A stretch of 64,000 nucleotides of DNA from an uncultured Chloroflexia bacterium (lineage in GTDB: Bacteria; Chloroflexota; Limnocylindria; QHBO01): positions 1,632,001-1,696,000 of the forward strand of contig CAWGTN010000002.1 in NCBI GenBank assembly GCA_963825525.1. Reading direction: 5' to 3'. The notes below the pieces were generated by a model. That model was given only the letters and a program-made list of their open reading frames with translations. It was not told the origin of the DNA and searched no databases. The position numbers and the translations under genes are program-made. Positions 1 to 9,532 of this stretch are shown here, one piece after another (position 1 is the stretch's first letter; each line of letters begins with the position of its first letter).

Positions 1-291
1 GGGATGGCGCGGCGCGCCCGCGGTGTGGATGCCGGTGGATCGCCGATCGAGGCCGTCCGGCTCGCATTCGGCCGCCTGTTCGCGCTCATGGTGGCAGCCA
101 TCCGCCGCGGTTCGCGGCTCGCGGTGGCCATGGAAGCACGTGGATTCGGCGCCCGCCCGTGCCGCAGCGTGGCGCGTCCGCAGCGCATGCGGACGCCGGA
201 CTGGCTCTGGATTGCCGGCGCGGCCGCTCTTGCCGCGGTCGCCATCGGGGTCAGCCTGGCTGTCGGGACGTGGCGTCCGTTGTTCGGCTAG
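1..291 (+). CDS. ecfT: Energy-coupling factor transporter T component (EcfT/CbiQ), 5'-truncated
   Basis: Two conserved ARG motifs (RRARGV, AMEARGF) followed by DW and a C-terminal TM helix. Confidence 0.85.
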   Translation, partial: GMARRARGVDAGGSPIEAVRLAFGRLFALMVAAIRRGSRLAVAMEARGFGARPCRSVARPQRMRTPDWLWIAGAAALAAVAIGVSLAVGTWRPLFG

Positions 292-336
292 CGAGAGGCA
301 TGGGCCACGACCCGCGGCCGAGCGTACCATCGGCCG

Positions 337-1287
337 ATGCCCCGAAGCGAGGACCTCGGATTTCGCGCCGGCGACGTGACGCTCGACGGCACGCTCCTCC
401 TGCCCGATGGCGACGGCCCGCACCCTTGGGTGGTTCTCGTCCCGAGCTGGCTGCCGCGCGGCCGCGACGGCGATTGGGACCGGATAGGCCACCCCGCCTG
501 GTTCGCGGCGCTCCCGACGCATGCGTCGGCCGGACTGTTCGACCGCCTGGCGCATGCGCTCGTGGAGCGGAACGTGGCGACGCTCCGCTTCGACCCGCGC
601 GGCTGCGGGACCTCGGGCGGTGATTGGGCGGCCGCTGACCTGTTCGCCCGCATCGACGATGTCCGCGATGCCGTCGGCGCCATGCGCTCGCGCCCCGAGC
701 TCGACCTCCGACGGTCCGCGCTGATAGGCCACGGAGAAGGATGCGGGATCGCGCTGAGCGTCGCCATCGGCGACCCGGCCATCGGCGCCGTGGGGCTCAT
801 CGGCGCCAGCGCCCGTTCGTTCCGCGACGTCCTGCGGAGGGGCGTCGCCGAGCGGGCCCGTAGCGGCGAAGATCGGCAGCATCCCGTGGTCGCGACCCTC
901 GACGCGAACGTGGAAGAGCTCATCGAGCGGGTCGAGCGTCGGGAGGCCACGATCGTGATGGAGGTGGGCGCGGAACGAGTCGAGCTGGCGTTGCGCGGCT
1001 GGGAGCAGGCATTTCACACGCCTCCCCTTGCCCTGGCCACGATGCTCCACCGCAACGTCGTCCTGGCCCATGGCGCATCGGACGCATGGTCGGACCAGGA
1101 CGAGTCGCGCATCCTGGCCGGCGTGCTCGCGGAGGCCGGGAACGAGCCCGTGCTGCAGGTTGTGCCGGACAGCGGGCACGACCTGGGACCGGACGATGCG
1201 GTGGCGAACTTCGTCGAGGCGCTCGCGGAGCGGATCGTTCCTCGTGACCTTCCGCCGGTCCTGCTGGCGATCGAGGAGATGCGCTGA
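337..1287 (+). CDS. Alpha/beta hydrolase-fold protein with Gly at the nucleophile position (GHGEG)
   Basis: LDGTLLLP, LRFDPRGCGTSGG, IGHGEG, HGASD, GHDL motifs; TACCAT -10 box 6 nt upstream of ATG. Confidence 0.85.
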   Translation: MPRSEDLGFRAGDVTLDGTLLLPDGDGPHPWVVLVPSWLPRGRDGDWDRIGHPAWFAALPTHASAGLFDRLAHALVERNVATLRFDPRGCGTSGGDWAAADLFARIDDVRDAVGAMRSRPELDLRRSALIGHGEGCGIALSVAIGDPAIGAVGLIGASARSFRDVLRRGVAERARSGEDRQHPVVATLDANVEELIERVERREATIVMEVGAERVELALRGWEQAFHTPPLALATMLHRNVVLAHGASDAWSDQDESRILAGVLAEAGNEPVLQVVPDSGHDLGPDDAVANFVEALAERIVPRDLPPVLLAIEEMR

Positions 1288-1307
1288 CGAGTCGCTAGAC
1301 TCCGGTC

Positions 1308-1772
1308 ATGGCACGCCCCGATGTCGGTGACCTCGCACCCCGCTTCGAGCTGACGGCAGATGATGGAAGCGTCGTCTCGAGCGACGGACTGGACGGGTCG
1401 CGATTCGTCCTCTACTTCTACCCGGAGGACGACTCCCCGGGCTGCACGGCCCAGGCCTGCGGCCTCCGTGACGCATGGACCGAGCTGGCCGAGACGGGTG
1501 TGCCGATCTTCGGCGTGTCGCCCGACGGCGTCGACCGCCATGTCCGGTTCCGCGCGAAGTACGACCTCCCTTTTGCGCTGCTCTCGGACGACGGTCATCG
1601 AGTGGCCGACGCCTATGGGGTCTGGGTCGAGAAGACGGTCGCAGGACGCACGTTCCTCGGAACCGAGCGCACCACGTTCGTCATCGGCGCCGATGGTCGG
1701 ATCGAGCACGTTCTCGCCAGGGTCAAGCCCGATGAGCACGCTGGCCAGCTGATCGAGGCACTCGCGACGTGA
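1308..1772 (+). CDS. bcp: Thioredoxin-dependent peroxiredoxin (Bcp/PrxQ)
   Basis: LYFYPEDDSPGCTAQAC peroxidatic motif, GVSPD, RTTFVI. Confidence 0.93.
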   Translation: MARPDVGDLAPRFELTADDGSVVSSDGLDGSRFVLYFYPEDDSPGCTAQACGLRDAWTELAETGVPIFGVSPDGVDRHVRFRAKYDLPFALLSDDGHRVADAYGVWVEKTVAGRTFLGTERTTFVIGADGRIEHVLARVKPDEHAGQLIEALAT

Positions 1773-1879
1773 GTGGCCAGCGAGCGGTGTGGCTCGCGAC
1801 GGTCGCGGTCGGCCTGCTCTCGGTGACCGTCGTCGTAGTCGTGCTGGCGATCTCCGCGGCGATCAGCCCGATTCGATAG
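1769..1879 (+). CDS. Putative 36-aa single-TM peptide (MSGQRAVWLATVAVGLLSVTVVVVVLAISAAISPIR)
   Basis: Translated by hand; GTG overlaps the bcp stop (GTGA coupling); strongly hydrophobic. Confidence 0.4.
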   Translation: MSGQRAVWLATVAVGLLSVTVVVVVLAISAAISPIR

Positions 1880-1883
1880 CTCG

Positions 1884-2033
1884 ATGATCTGGATCGCGGT
1901 CGCTGCGGCACTCGTCCTGTGGCTGGTCGGTGTCGTCATGCAGATGGGGCAATGGGTGAATCTCTTCCTGCTGTTCGCGGCCGTGCTTCTCGTGTACCAG
2001 GTGGTCGAGGAACGTCGCTCGCGAGGCGAGTGA
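1884..2033 (+). CDS. Small membrane protein, divergent lmo0937/DUF5670-like (49 aa)
   Basis: Hand translation MIWIAVAAALVLWLVGVVMQMGQWVNLFLLFAAVLLVYQVVEERRSRGE; resembles the next ORF. Confidence 0.6.
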   Translation: MIWIAVAAALVLWLVGVVMQMGQWVNLFLLFAAVLLVYQVVEERRSRGE

Positions 2034-2130
2034 GCCCACGCCAGGCGGGCTGGCACGCATCCTGCGATCACGGCGCATCGAGGTCGCCCCGCGGCGACCC
2101 GCGGGTACACCTAGGAGTGAGGAGAAATCG

Positions 2131-2277
2131 ATGCTCTGGACGATCATCGTCATCCTGCTGGTCCTCTGGCTTCTCGGCCTGATCGGCGGCATTGGCGGTA
2201 GCCTGATCTACCTCTTGCTGGTCATTGCAGGAATCGTTCTGCTGTTCCAGCTTCTCAGCGGCCGACGGTCCGTCTGA
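2131..2277 (+). CDS. lmo0937/DUF5670 family small membrane protein (48 aa)
   Basis: MLWTIIVILLVLWLLGLIGGIGGSLIYLLLVIAGIVLLFQLLSGRRSV; strong SD (AGGAG, GAGGAG) upstream. Confidence 0.85.
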   Translation: MLWTIIVILLVLWLLGLIGGIGGSLIYLLLVIAGIVLLFQLLSGRRSV

Positions 2278-2413
2278 GTCACCGCATTCCGGCACCGGCC
2301 GGCGCGGCCCAACGAGGGTCGCTCGGGGGGAGCGGCCGGATCGGCCGGGGACACACCCGGGCCCGCCCCGCGACCGATGAGCTGTCACGGCCATCGGCTA
2401 CGCTTGGCGGGCC

Positions 2414-3739
2414 GTGTCGTCCCCCGATTCTTTCCGGTTCCTGCACACCGGTGACCTCCATCTCGACAGCCCGCTCGAGGGCCTGAGCGCCGAGGCGCCG
2501 CCGGACGTCCTCGCCATCCTGCGGGCGGCGACGACCGACGCCTGGAACAACGTCGTCGAGCTGGGGCTTCGTGAGCGCGTCGATTTCGTGGTGGTGGCGG
2601 GCGATGTCTTCGAGGTCTCCAGTCCCACCCTCCTCGGCCAGACGCGATTCCGCGACGGACTGGCGCGCCTGGCCGCCGCCGGCATTCCCAGCTTCGTGGT
2701 CCATGGCAATCACGATCCCGCCGACGGTCGCAGCTGGGCTCCATCGCTCGCATTTCCATCGCTCGTCCATCGATTCGGGACGGAGGTGGGGGAGTCGGCC
2801 CCGGTGATGCGCGGGGACCGCGAGATCGCCCGGGTTCATGGTCGGTCGTATCCGCGCGCCGCGGTCACCGAGAATTTCGCCGCGAGCATGCGGGCCGATC
2901 CGGACGGCCCCTACTCGATCGGACTGCTGCACACGAACGTCGGGGATCGCCCCGGCCACGCCAACTACGCGCCCTGCTCGCTCGACGACCTGCGCACTTC
3001 CGGCATGCAGTACTGGGCCCTCGGCCACATCCACGCGCCGGCGCAGGTCATGGCGGATCCGCTCGCCATCTACTGCGGCATCCCGCAGGGACGCGATCCG
3101 GGCGAGCTCGGGGCGCGGGGCTGCTACCTCGTCGACGTCGACTCGGCCCGCCGCACGTCCGCGACCTTCGTGGCCACCGACGTGGTCCGCTGGCAGCCAA
3201 TCGAGGCATCCATCGGCGGACTCGAGAGTGACGAGGCGCTCATGGTCCTGGTGCGCAGCCTGATCGCATCGGCCCTGGAGCACGCCGACGACCGCTCGCT
3301 CGTGATTCGCCTGCGGCTCGTCGGTCGCGGCCCCCTCCACGCCGCCATTGCGCGGCCGGGCTATCTCGACCACATGGCGATCCTGCTCAACGAAGAGCTG
3401 ACCGGCAGCCGGCCGTTCGGATGGGTCGAGTCGGTCCGGGACGCGACCCGGCCGGAGATCGATCTCGATGCCCGCCGCCAGACGCCCGATTTCGTCGGCG
3501 ACTTCCTCCGCACCGTCGCCACGGCCCGGCGCAGCGCGCGGAGCACCGATCCCGACGAGCATGCCCATTGGCAGGGGCTCCTTCGATCATCGGTCTCCTC
3601 CCTGTTCGAGGAGTCCGCCCGCGGCCGGCGCCATCTCCGGGCGGGCGCACCCAGCGCTGATCAGCTTGTCGGCGAGATTCTCGACGAGGCCGAGGCAATG
3701 GGGATCGACCTGCTGCTGGCGGTCGAGGACGGGGGCTGA
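2414..3739 (+). CDS. Mre11/SbcD-like DNA repair exonuclease (YhaO-like metallophosphoesterase)
   Basis: HTGDLHLD, AGDVF, GNHD, LLHT, YWALGHIH, PQGR motifs. Confidence 0.92.
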   Translation: MSSPDSFRFLHTGDLHLDSPLEGLSAEAPPDVLAILRAATTDAWNNVVELGLRERVDFVVVAGDVFEVSSPTLLGQTRFRDGLARLAAAGIPSFVVHGNHDPADGRSWAPSLAFPSLVHRFGTEVGESAPVMRGDREIARVHGRSYPRAAVTENFAASMRADPDGPYSIGLLHTNVGDRPGHANYAPCSLDDLRTSGMQYWALGHIHAPAQVMADPLAIYCGIPQGRDPGELGARGCYLVDVDSARRTSATFVATDVVRWQPIEASIGGLESDEALMVLVRSLIASALEHADDRSLVIRLRLVGRGPLHAAIARPGYLDHMAILLNEELTGSRPFGWVESVRDATRPEIDLDARRQTPDFVGDFLRTVATARRSARSTDPDEHAHWQGLLRSSVSSLFEESARGRRHLRAGAPSADQLVGEILDEAEAMGIDLLLAVEDGG

Positions 3740-6681
3740 TGCGGATCGAGCGGATCGAGCTCGACGGATTCGGTCGGTTCCACGATGCGAGCTGGACACT
3801 CAACCCCGGCATGACGGTCGTGCTCGGAGCCAACGAGGCCGGCAAGACCACCTTCCTCAACGCCATTCGCGCGTTGCTCTTCGGATTCGACGCCACGCGG
3901 GAAGGACGAACCTGGTATCCGGCGGTGGCGGGTGGTCGTCGCGGCGGGCGCCTGGTGCTGAGCACGGGCGACGATGAACGCTGGGTCGTCGAGCGGCACG
4001 GCGAGCGCGGCGGGGGCGGGGCGCTGACCGTCAGGGCGCCGAATGGCAACCAGGGCGGGCAGGAGACGCTGGATCGGCTGCTCCGCGGGGCGGACCGCGA
4101 CCTCTTCGCGAACGTCTTCGCCTTCGGACTCGGCGAGCTGCAGGACCTGCACACGCTCTCGACCACGGGCGTCCGGGGCCGCATCTACGGAGCGGGCGCC
4201 GGGCTGGGAGGAGCCAGCGCGGTGGACCTGGAACGCAGGCTCCACGCGGAGCTTCGGGACCGATTCGTGCCCACCGGGAGCAAGCCGCCACTCAACGCAC
4301 TGCTCGTGCGGATCGAGTCACTGCGAGCCGAGATTGCGGCGCTGGCCACGCAGCCGGAGGAGTACGAGGCAGCCCACCGAGAGTGCTCGGCGCTCGAAGC
4401 ACGAACGGAGGCGCTGCGGGCCACAGCCCGATCCATGCGCGAGCGGGTCGCGCGGCTGACGAACGTCAGGGCCGCCGCACCGTCCCTGGCAGAGCTGGCG
4501 GAGATCGATGCCGAGGTGTTGGCGGGCGATCCGTCGCTCGACGCTCTGCCCCCCGACCTGTCCGCGGCGACCGACCGCCGGACCATGCTGCACGAGGAGG
4601 CCGCGCGGGCGCTTGCGGTCCTCGACGAGGAGCTCGCCGCGGCGCGCCACGAACGCGCTGCGATCAGCGTCGACTGGGTCGTACTCGACGCCGCCGACGA
4701 TATCGGCTCGCTCCGCGATGCGGTGGTCGGTCACTCCGGGCGGGCAGACCGGCGGGCGGATCTGTCTCGCGGGATCGAACGCCAGGAGGCCACGGTCGCG
4801 GAGCAGCGAGCACGGGTCGGCGGCTGGGATGAGGCGCGCCTCCTGGCCCTCGACGACTCGATCCCGGCGATCCAGGCCACCCGCGACGCGGAGGAACGCC
4901 TTATCGCGACCGCCGCGGCCGCGGCGGCTGTCACCGGCCGATTGACGGCAGCCAGCGGGGAGCTGGAGAGTCGCGAACGCGAGGCGACGCTGGACGCCGT
5001 CCCGGCGGATCTCTCTGAACGGCGCGAAGCGCTGCGCGAGCTCCTCACCGCTGCGGGCGGTACAGCGCAGGACCGCGTCGACGGGATTCCGATCCACACG
5101 CTCGTACCCGGCGTTGTGATCGCGATTGCCGTTGCGGCGATCGGCAGCGCCGTTGGGCAGGCGCTGGTGGGTCTGATTCTGGGGCTCGCGGCTGGCGGGC
5201 TGGCTGTCGTACTCCGGGCACCGATCGGCGGCTCTCGGACTCCACCGGCCGCTCGCCATGGAAGGCGCGCGGAGTTGATCAAGCGCGTCGGGCTGCCACC
5301 GGACGCCACGGACCGTGATCTGGTGGTCCTCGGCGAGGAGCTCGCGGCGGCCGAGGCGAGAGCGTCCGTGGCCAGGGAGCGCGCCGCCTCCCTGGACCAG
5401 CGCCGCGACGAGCTGGCACGCCTTCGTCGCCAGGCTGACGACGCCGACCTCGCGCGGCGAGCGGCCGGGGAGGAGTGGGGCTCGTGGCTCCTGGCCCACG
5501 GTCTGCCTGCCGGAGTTTCGGCGTCGGCGGTACGCGAGATGCTGGCCGCAGCCGGGACGGCACGCTCGGCCGCCGCCGAACGCGACCGGCTGCGAGGCAT
5601 GCTCGCCGAACTGGACGCGGCCGATTCGGAGCTGTCGGTCCGTGTCAACGACCTGCTGCAGCGACTCGGCGGCGACGTGTCCGATGACCCCGAACGTCAG
5701 GCGATTGCGGTGGCCGCGCTGGCCGAGCGCCTGGTATCGGCCCGGGAGGCTGAACGTCGCATCGGTGAGCTCGATGCTGTCATCGAGCGCCTCGAGGGTC
5801 GTCGCGGACCGTTGTCGGAAGCCGGCCAGGTCCGTTCATCGGAGCTCGCCGACTTCCTGGCGGCTCATGGCGCAGCGACGGTCGATGCCCTCAGGTCGCG
5901 CGACGCCGCCGCTGCCGGCCGGCGTGCCCTGCTTGCCCGCGCGAGAGAACTTCGCTCACACCTGGCGGGCATCGCGGGCAGCCCGGCGGGGGTCGAGGGC
6001 CTTGCCGCCGACGCGCGAACCACGGACGCCGTGGGAATCGACGCCGAGCTCGCCGAGGCACAGGCGGAGCTCGAACGCATCGAGGCCGAGCTGGCTGACG
6101 GCCACGCCCGCATCGGAGCGCTGATGGCCAGCATCGAACGGCTGGAGGCCACCGAGGAGATCGGTGCGAAACGCCAGGAGCTTGCCATCGCCGAGGGTTC
6201 AGCGGCGGCCCTGGCCCGCGACTGGGCCGTGCGGGCGGTGACGCTGCGACTGCTCGAAGAGACTCGGCATCGATACGAGCGCGAGCGGCAGCCCGACGTC
6301 GTGCGCGCGGCCGAGTCGCACTTCTCGCGCATCACCGGTGGTCGCTACACGCGGATCATCGCCCCGCCAGGCGACTCGAGCGTCCGGGTGGAGACCGATG
6401 GCGGGGAGTCGCGCGTCACCGACGAGCTGTCACGCGGCACGGCCGAGCAGCTGTACCTCGCCCTGCGCTTCGGACTGATCGAGGAGTTCGCCCGCCACGC
6501 TGAGCCGTTGCCGGTGGTCATGGATGACATCCTCGTGAACTTCGACCCGGAGCGAGCGGCGCGAGCCGCCACGGGCATCCGCGGCCTGGCCGAGCGACAC
6601 CAGGTCCTGTACTTCACCTGCCACGCCTGGACGGCGGAGCTGCTCGACCCGGACGGGGGACGGACACTCTCGCTGGCCTGA
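3739..6681 (+). CDS. YhaN-like SMC/SbcC-type ATPase (AAA_27) with coiled coil and central TM hairpin
   Basis: Walker A GANEAGKTT, LSRGTAEQLYLALR signature, MDDILVNFD Walker B, YFTCH; coupled to the exonuclease. Confidence 0.92.
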   Translation: MRIERIELDGFGRFHDASWTLNPGMTVVLGANEAGKTTFLNAIRALLFGFDATREGRTWYPAVAGGRRGGRLVLSTGDDERWVVERHGERGGGGALTVRAPNGNQGGQETLDRLLRGADRDLFANVFAFGLGELQDLHTLSTTGVRGRIYGAGAGLGGASAVDLERRLHAELRDRFVPTGSKPPLNALLVRIESLRAEIAALATQPEEYEAAHRECSALEARTEALRATARSMRERVARLTNVRAAAPSLAELAEIDAEVLAGDPSLDALPPDLSAATDRRTMLHEEAARALAVLDEELAAARHERAAISVDWVVLDAADDIGSLRDAVVGHSGRADRRADLSRGIERQEATVAEQRARVGGWDEARLLALDDSIPAIQATRDAEERLIATAAAAAAVTGRLTAASGELESREREATLDAVPADLSERREALRELLTAAGGTAQDRVDGIPIHTLVPGVVIAIAVAAIGSAVGQALVGLILGLAAGGLAVVLRAPIGGSRTPPAARHGRRAELIKRVGLPPDATDRDLVVLGEELAAAEARASVARERAASLDQRRDELARLRRQADDADLARRAAGEEWGSWLLAHGLPAGVSASAVREMLAAAGTARSAAAERDRLRGMLAELDAADSELSVRVNDLLQRLGGDVSDDPERQAIAVAALAERLVSAREAERRIGELDAVIERLEGRRGPLSEAGQVRSSELADFLAAHGAATVDALRSRDAAAAGRRALLARARELRSHLAGIAGSPAGVEGLAADARTTDAVGIDAELAEAQAELERIEAELADGHARIGALMASIERLEATEEIGAKRQELAIAEGSAAALARDWAVRAVTLRLLEETRHRYERERQPDVVRAAESHFSRITGGRYTRIIAPPGDSSVRVETDGGESRVTDELSRGTAEQLYLALRFGLIEEFARHAEPLPVVMDDILVNFDPERAARAATGIRGLAERHQVLYFTCHAWTAELLDPDGGRTLSLA

Positions 6682-6704
6682 CTGATAGCATCAGCAGCCA
6701 CCAC

Positions 6705-7424
6705 ATGCCTGACGACAAGCTGCCCACACCTGAGCGCGTCCTCGTGGTCGCCGCACATCCCGATGACATCGAGTTCGGCGCCGCGGGCACCATCGCCAGG
6801 TGGGTCGCCGAGGGCGCCAGTGCGCGCTACCTCCTCGTCACCCGTGGGGACAAGGGGAGCGACGATCCGGACGCCGACGTGGCCGCGCTCGCTTCGCTTC
6901 GCGAGGACGAGCAACGAGCCGCCGCCGCCGTCATCGGGGTCGAGGGCGTCGACTTTCTCGACGAGCCCGACGGCCAGGTCGAACCCTCGCTCCAGCTGCG
7001 AGAACGCATCACGCGCGCCATCCGGTCGTACCGGCCGGAGATCGTCATGACGCACGATCCCACCGTGCTGTTCGTCAACAACGAGTGGGTCAACCACCCC
7101 GACCACCGGGCGGTGGGTCAGACCACGGTCGATGCGGTGTTCCCGACCGCCCGCGACCCACTGAACTTTCGCGAGCACCTCGACCTCGGGTTGGCAGCGT
7201 GGAAGGTCGCCGAGCTCTATCTGTGGAGCACGAACGAGGCGAACCAGCTCGTTGACATTGCCGGGACGCTCGACGCGAAGATCGAGGCGCTCGGGCGCCA
7301 CGCCAGCCAGTTCCGGTCGTTCGGCGAGATCGAGCGATGGGTCTCGCGGCGCAGCGAGGAGCTGGGTGAGCGGGCCGGGTATCGCGCCGCCGAGGGGTTC
7401 CGACGCGTGACCCTGGCGCGATGA
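6705..7424 (+). CDS. PIG-L family deacetylase
   Basis: AHPDDIE and HPDH metal motifs, HASQ. Confidence 0.9.
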   Translation: MPDDKLPTPERVLVVAAHPDDIEFGAAGTIARWVAEGASARYLLVTRGDKGSDDPDADVAALASLREDEQRAAAAVIGVEGVDFLDEPDGQVEPSLQLRERITRAIRSYRPEIVMTHDPTVLFVNNEWVNHPDHRAVGQTTVDAVFPTARDPLNFREHLDLGLAAWKVAELYLWSTNEANQLVDIAGTLDAKIEALGRHASQFRSFGEIERWVSRRSEELGERAGYRAAEGFRRVTLAR

Positions 7425-9427
7425 AGGTCCTCGCCCATTTCGCCGTGCTGGCCGTGTTGCTCGCGGGGTGTGCCAACAGCCCCGATCCCGACGCCACGCC
7501 GGCGCCGACCACGTTCCCGATGGCGTCCCCCGCACAGGCAACCTCGCTGGCAGCCGATTACCTGCGGGATTGGGCGGCCGGCGATTACGCGGCAATGCAC
7601 GCACGGCTCGATCCAACGGTCCAGGCTCGATACCCGCTGCCTGAGTTCACCGAGTTCCACGCGGGCTTTGCCGAGATGGTGCGGATCGCCGACCTGCGCG
7701 GCGAGCCGGGCGAGCCACGCATCGTTGGGCTTCCACCGGAGCCCAGGCCGGCGGCGTTCCCCGATCCGACACCCGCTCCCGCTGCCTCGACCGCTCCCTC
7801 CGCCTCGCCCGGAAGCTCGACCGCTCCCCTCCCCAGCTTCGATCCCACGGAGCCATTGCCCGGGCCGGTCCCGGCCCTCGAGGTGCCCATCTCACTCACG
7901 GTCGACTCGGATCGGTTCGGGTCACTGGCGGTGGATCGGGCGCTGACGCTGGTCCACGGCCAGGATGGGTGGCTCATGCGCTGGACGCCGGCGGTCGTCT
8001 TCCCGGAGCTCGGCTCCGATGGGGCGCTGCGCCTCGATCGGTCGCTCGGTCCGCGGGGGCAGATCGTGGGGGCCGGCGACACGGTCTGGGCCATGAATCG
8101 CGACGACGGGGTGAGGGTCTATCCGCAGGAGGCGCTGGCCGGACAGACCATCGGCTACGTGGCGGAAGTGACGGCCGAGGACCTCGAGACGCTGGCGCAG
8201 TCCGGGTACCGCGCCGGCGACGTGGTCGGCCGCAGCGGCCTCGAGGCGGGCGCCGAGGCGTTGCTGCGCGGCACGCCCGGCTGGCAGCTCATCGCCGTGA
8301 CCACGGACGCGCCCGAAGCGGTCCTGCTGGAGACCGAGCAGGTCCCGGGAGCGGATGTCACGATCACCCTGCGGCCGAACATCCAGGCCGCGGCACAGTC
8401 AGCCGTGAGTCCGTACGGGGCTGCGGCGACAGCCATCCTCGATCCGCAGAGCGGGGACGTGTGGGCGCTCGCCAGCCAGCCCGCGTTCAATCCGAACTCG
8501 ATGACCTCGGGCATGACGATGGCCGGTGAGCCGCTCGCTCCCGCGGGCGCGGGACAGATCTTCAACAAGGCGGTGCTAGCCGCCTACCCGGCGGGATCGT
8601 CATTCAAGCCGTTCACCCTTGCGGCCGCGCTCCGGACAGGCGTCGTCACGCCGGCCAGCCTAGTGGCCTGTCCCGCGACCTGGGACTACGGCGACTTCAC
8701 GTTCCGGAACTACGAGGAGCACTCGCTGCCGGGGCAGGTGACGCTTGCCCAGGCGATGGCGTTCAGCTGCAACACCACGTACATGCCGCTGGCGCTGTCC
8801 ATCTACGAGCGCGAGGAGACGGCGCTCACCGACCTCCTGTTCGAGTTCGGGTTTGGTGCAGCCACCGGCATCACGTACCTCATCGAGGAGACCGGCATCG
8901 TCCCCGACGATGCGTGGTTGGCCGCGAACGGACGGGGTGGGTACTCGGGCTTCGAGCAGATTCAGCTGGCCATCGGCCAGGGAGCATTCCTCGGCACGTC
9001 GCTTCAGCTCGCCAACGCCTACGCGGCCATCGGCAACGGCGGCACGCTGTGGACGCCCCGCATCGTGACCGCGGCTACCCTGCCCGATGGCGAGCCAATC
9101 CTCACGGTGGAGCCCACGGTGGCTCGTCAGGTCTCGGTCGACCCCGCGGACCTCGCGTACGTCACCGACACGCTCGTGGCCGTCACCTCGCTGCCCTACG
9201 GAACCGGGACCGCTGCATTCGCCGGTTTCGGCATCCCCGTTGCGGGGAAGTCCGGCACGGCGGAGACGGGAACCCCGGATCCGCATGCCTGGTTCCCGGC
9301 CTTCGCACCGGCCGGCGATCCCTCGATCAGCATCGCCACCGTGCTGCCGAACATTCCGCTCGGGACCGGCGGGTCAGATGCCGCGCCGCTCGTCCGTCGC
9401 GTCATGGCGGTGCACTTTGCCAACTGA
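7421..9427 (+). CDS. Lipoprotein penicillin-binding protein (class B-like transpeptidase with NTF2-like N-domain)
   Basis: Lipobox LLAGC; SSFK, SCN and KSGT catalytic motifs; GRSGLE dimerisation-domain motif. Confidence 0.9.
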   Translation: MKVLAHFAVLAVLLAGCANSPDPDATPAPTTFPMASPAQATSLAADYLRDWAAGDYAAMHARLDPTVQARYPLPEFTEFHAGFAEMVRIADLRGEPGEPRIVGLPPEPRPAAFPDPTPAPAASTAPSASPGSSTAPLPSFDPTEPLPGPVPALEVPISLTVDSDRFGSLAVDRALTLVHGQDGWLMRWTPAVVFPELGSDGALRLDRSLGPRGQIVGAGDTVWAMNRDDGVRVYPQEALAGQTIGYVAEVTAEDLETLAQSGYRAGDVVGRSGLEAGAEALLRGTPGWQLIAVTTDAPEAVLLETEQVPGADVTITLRPNIQAAAQSAVSPYGAAATAILDPQSGDVWALASQPAFNPNSMTSGMTMAGEPLAPAGAGQIFNKAVLAAYPAGSSFKPFTLAAALRTGVVTPASLVACPATWDYGDFTFRNYEEHSLPGQVTLAQAMAFSCNTTYMPLALSIYEREETALTDLLFEFGFGAATGITYLIEETGIVPDDAWLAANGRGGYSGFEQIQLAIGQGAFLGTSLQLANAYAAIGNGGTLWTPRIVTAATLPDGEPILTVEPTVARQVSVDPADLAYVTDTLVAVTSLPYGTGTAAFAGFGIPVAGKSGTAETGTPDPHAWFPAFAPAGDPSISIATVLPNIPLGTGGSDAAPLVRRVMAVHFAN

Positions 9428-9532
9428 GACGACCCCCGACCTTGCGCCCCACGAGCCCGAGCGGGTAGCATCGGTCCTGCCGCTCCTTCTAGCCTCATGG
9501 TCTAACACTGCCCGGAGAGCGACCTCGACGCC

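Noticed and set aside
2414-6681. Nuclease plus SMC-like ATPase as a novel anti-phage system
   Set aside because: Matches the widespread YhaO/YhaN pair in a housekeeping context; no defence-island neighbours.
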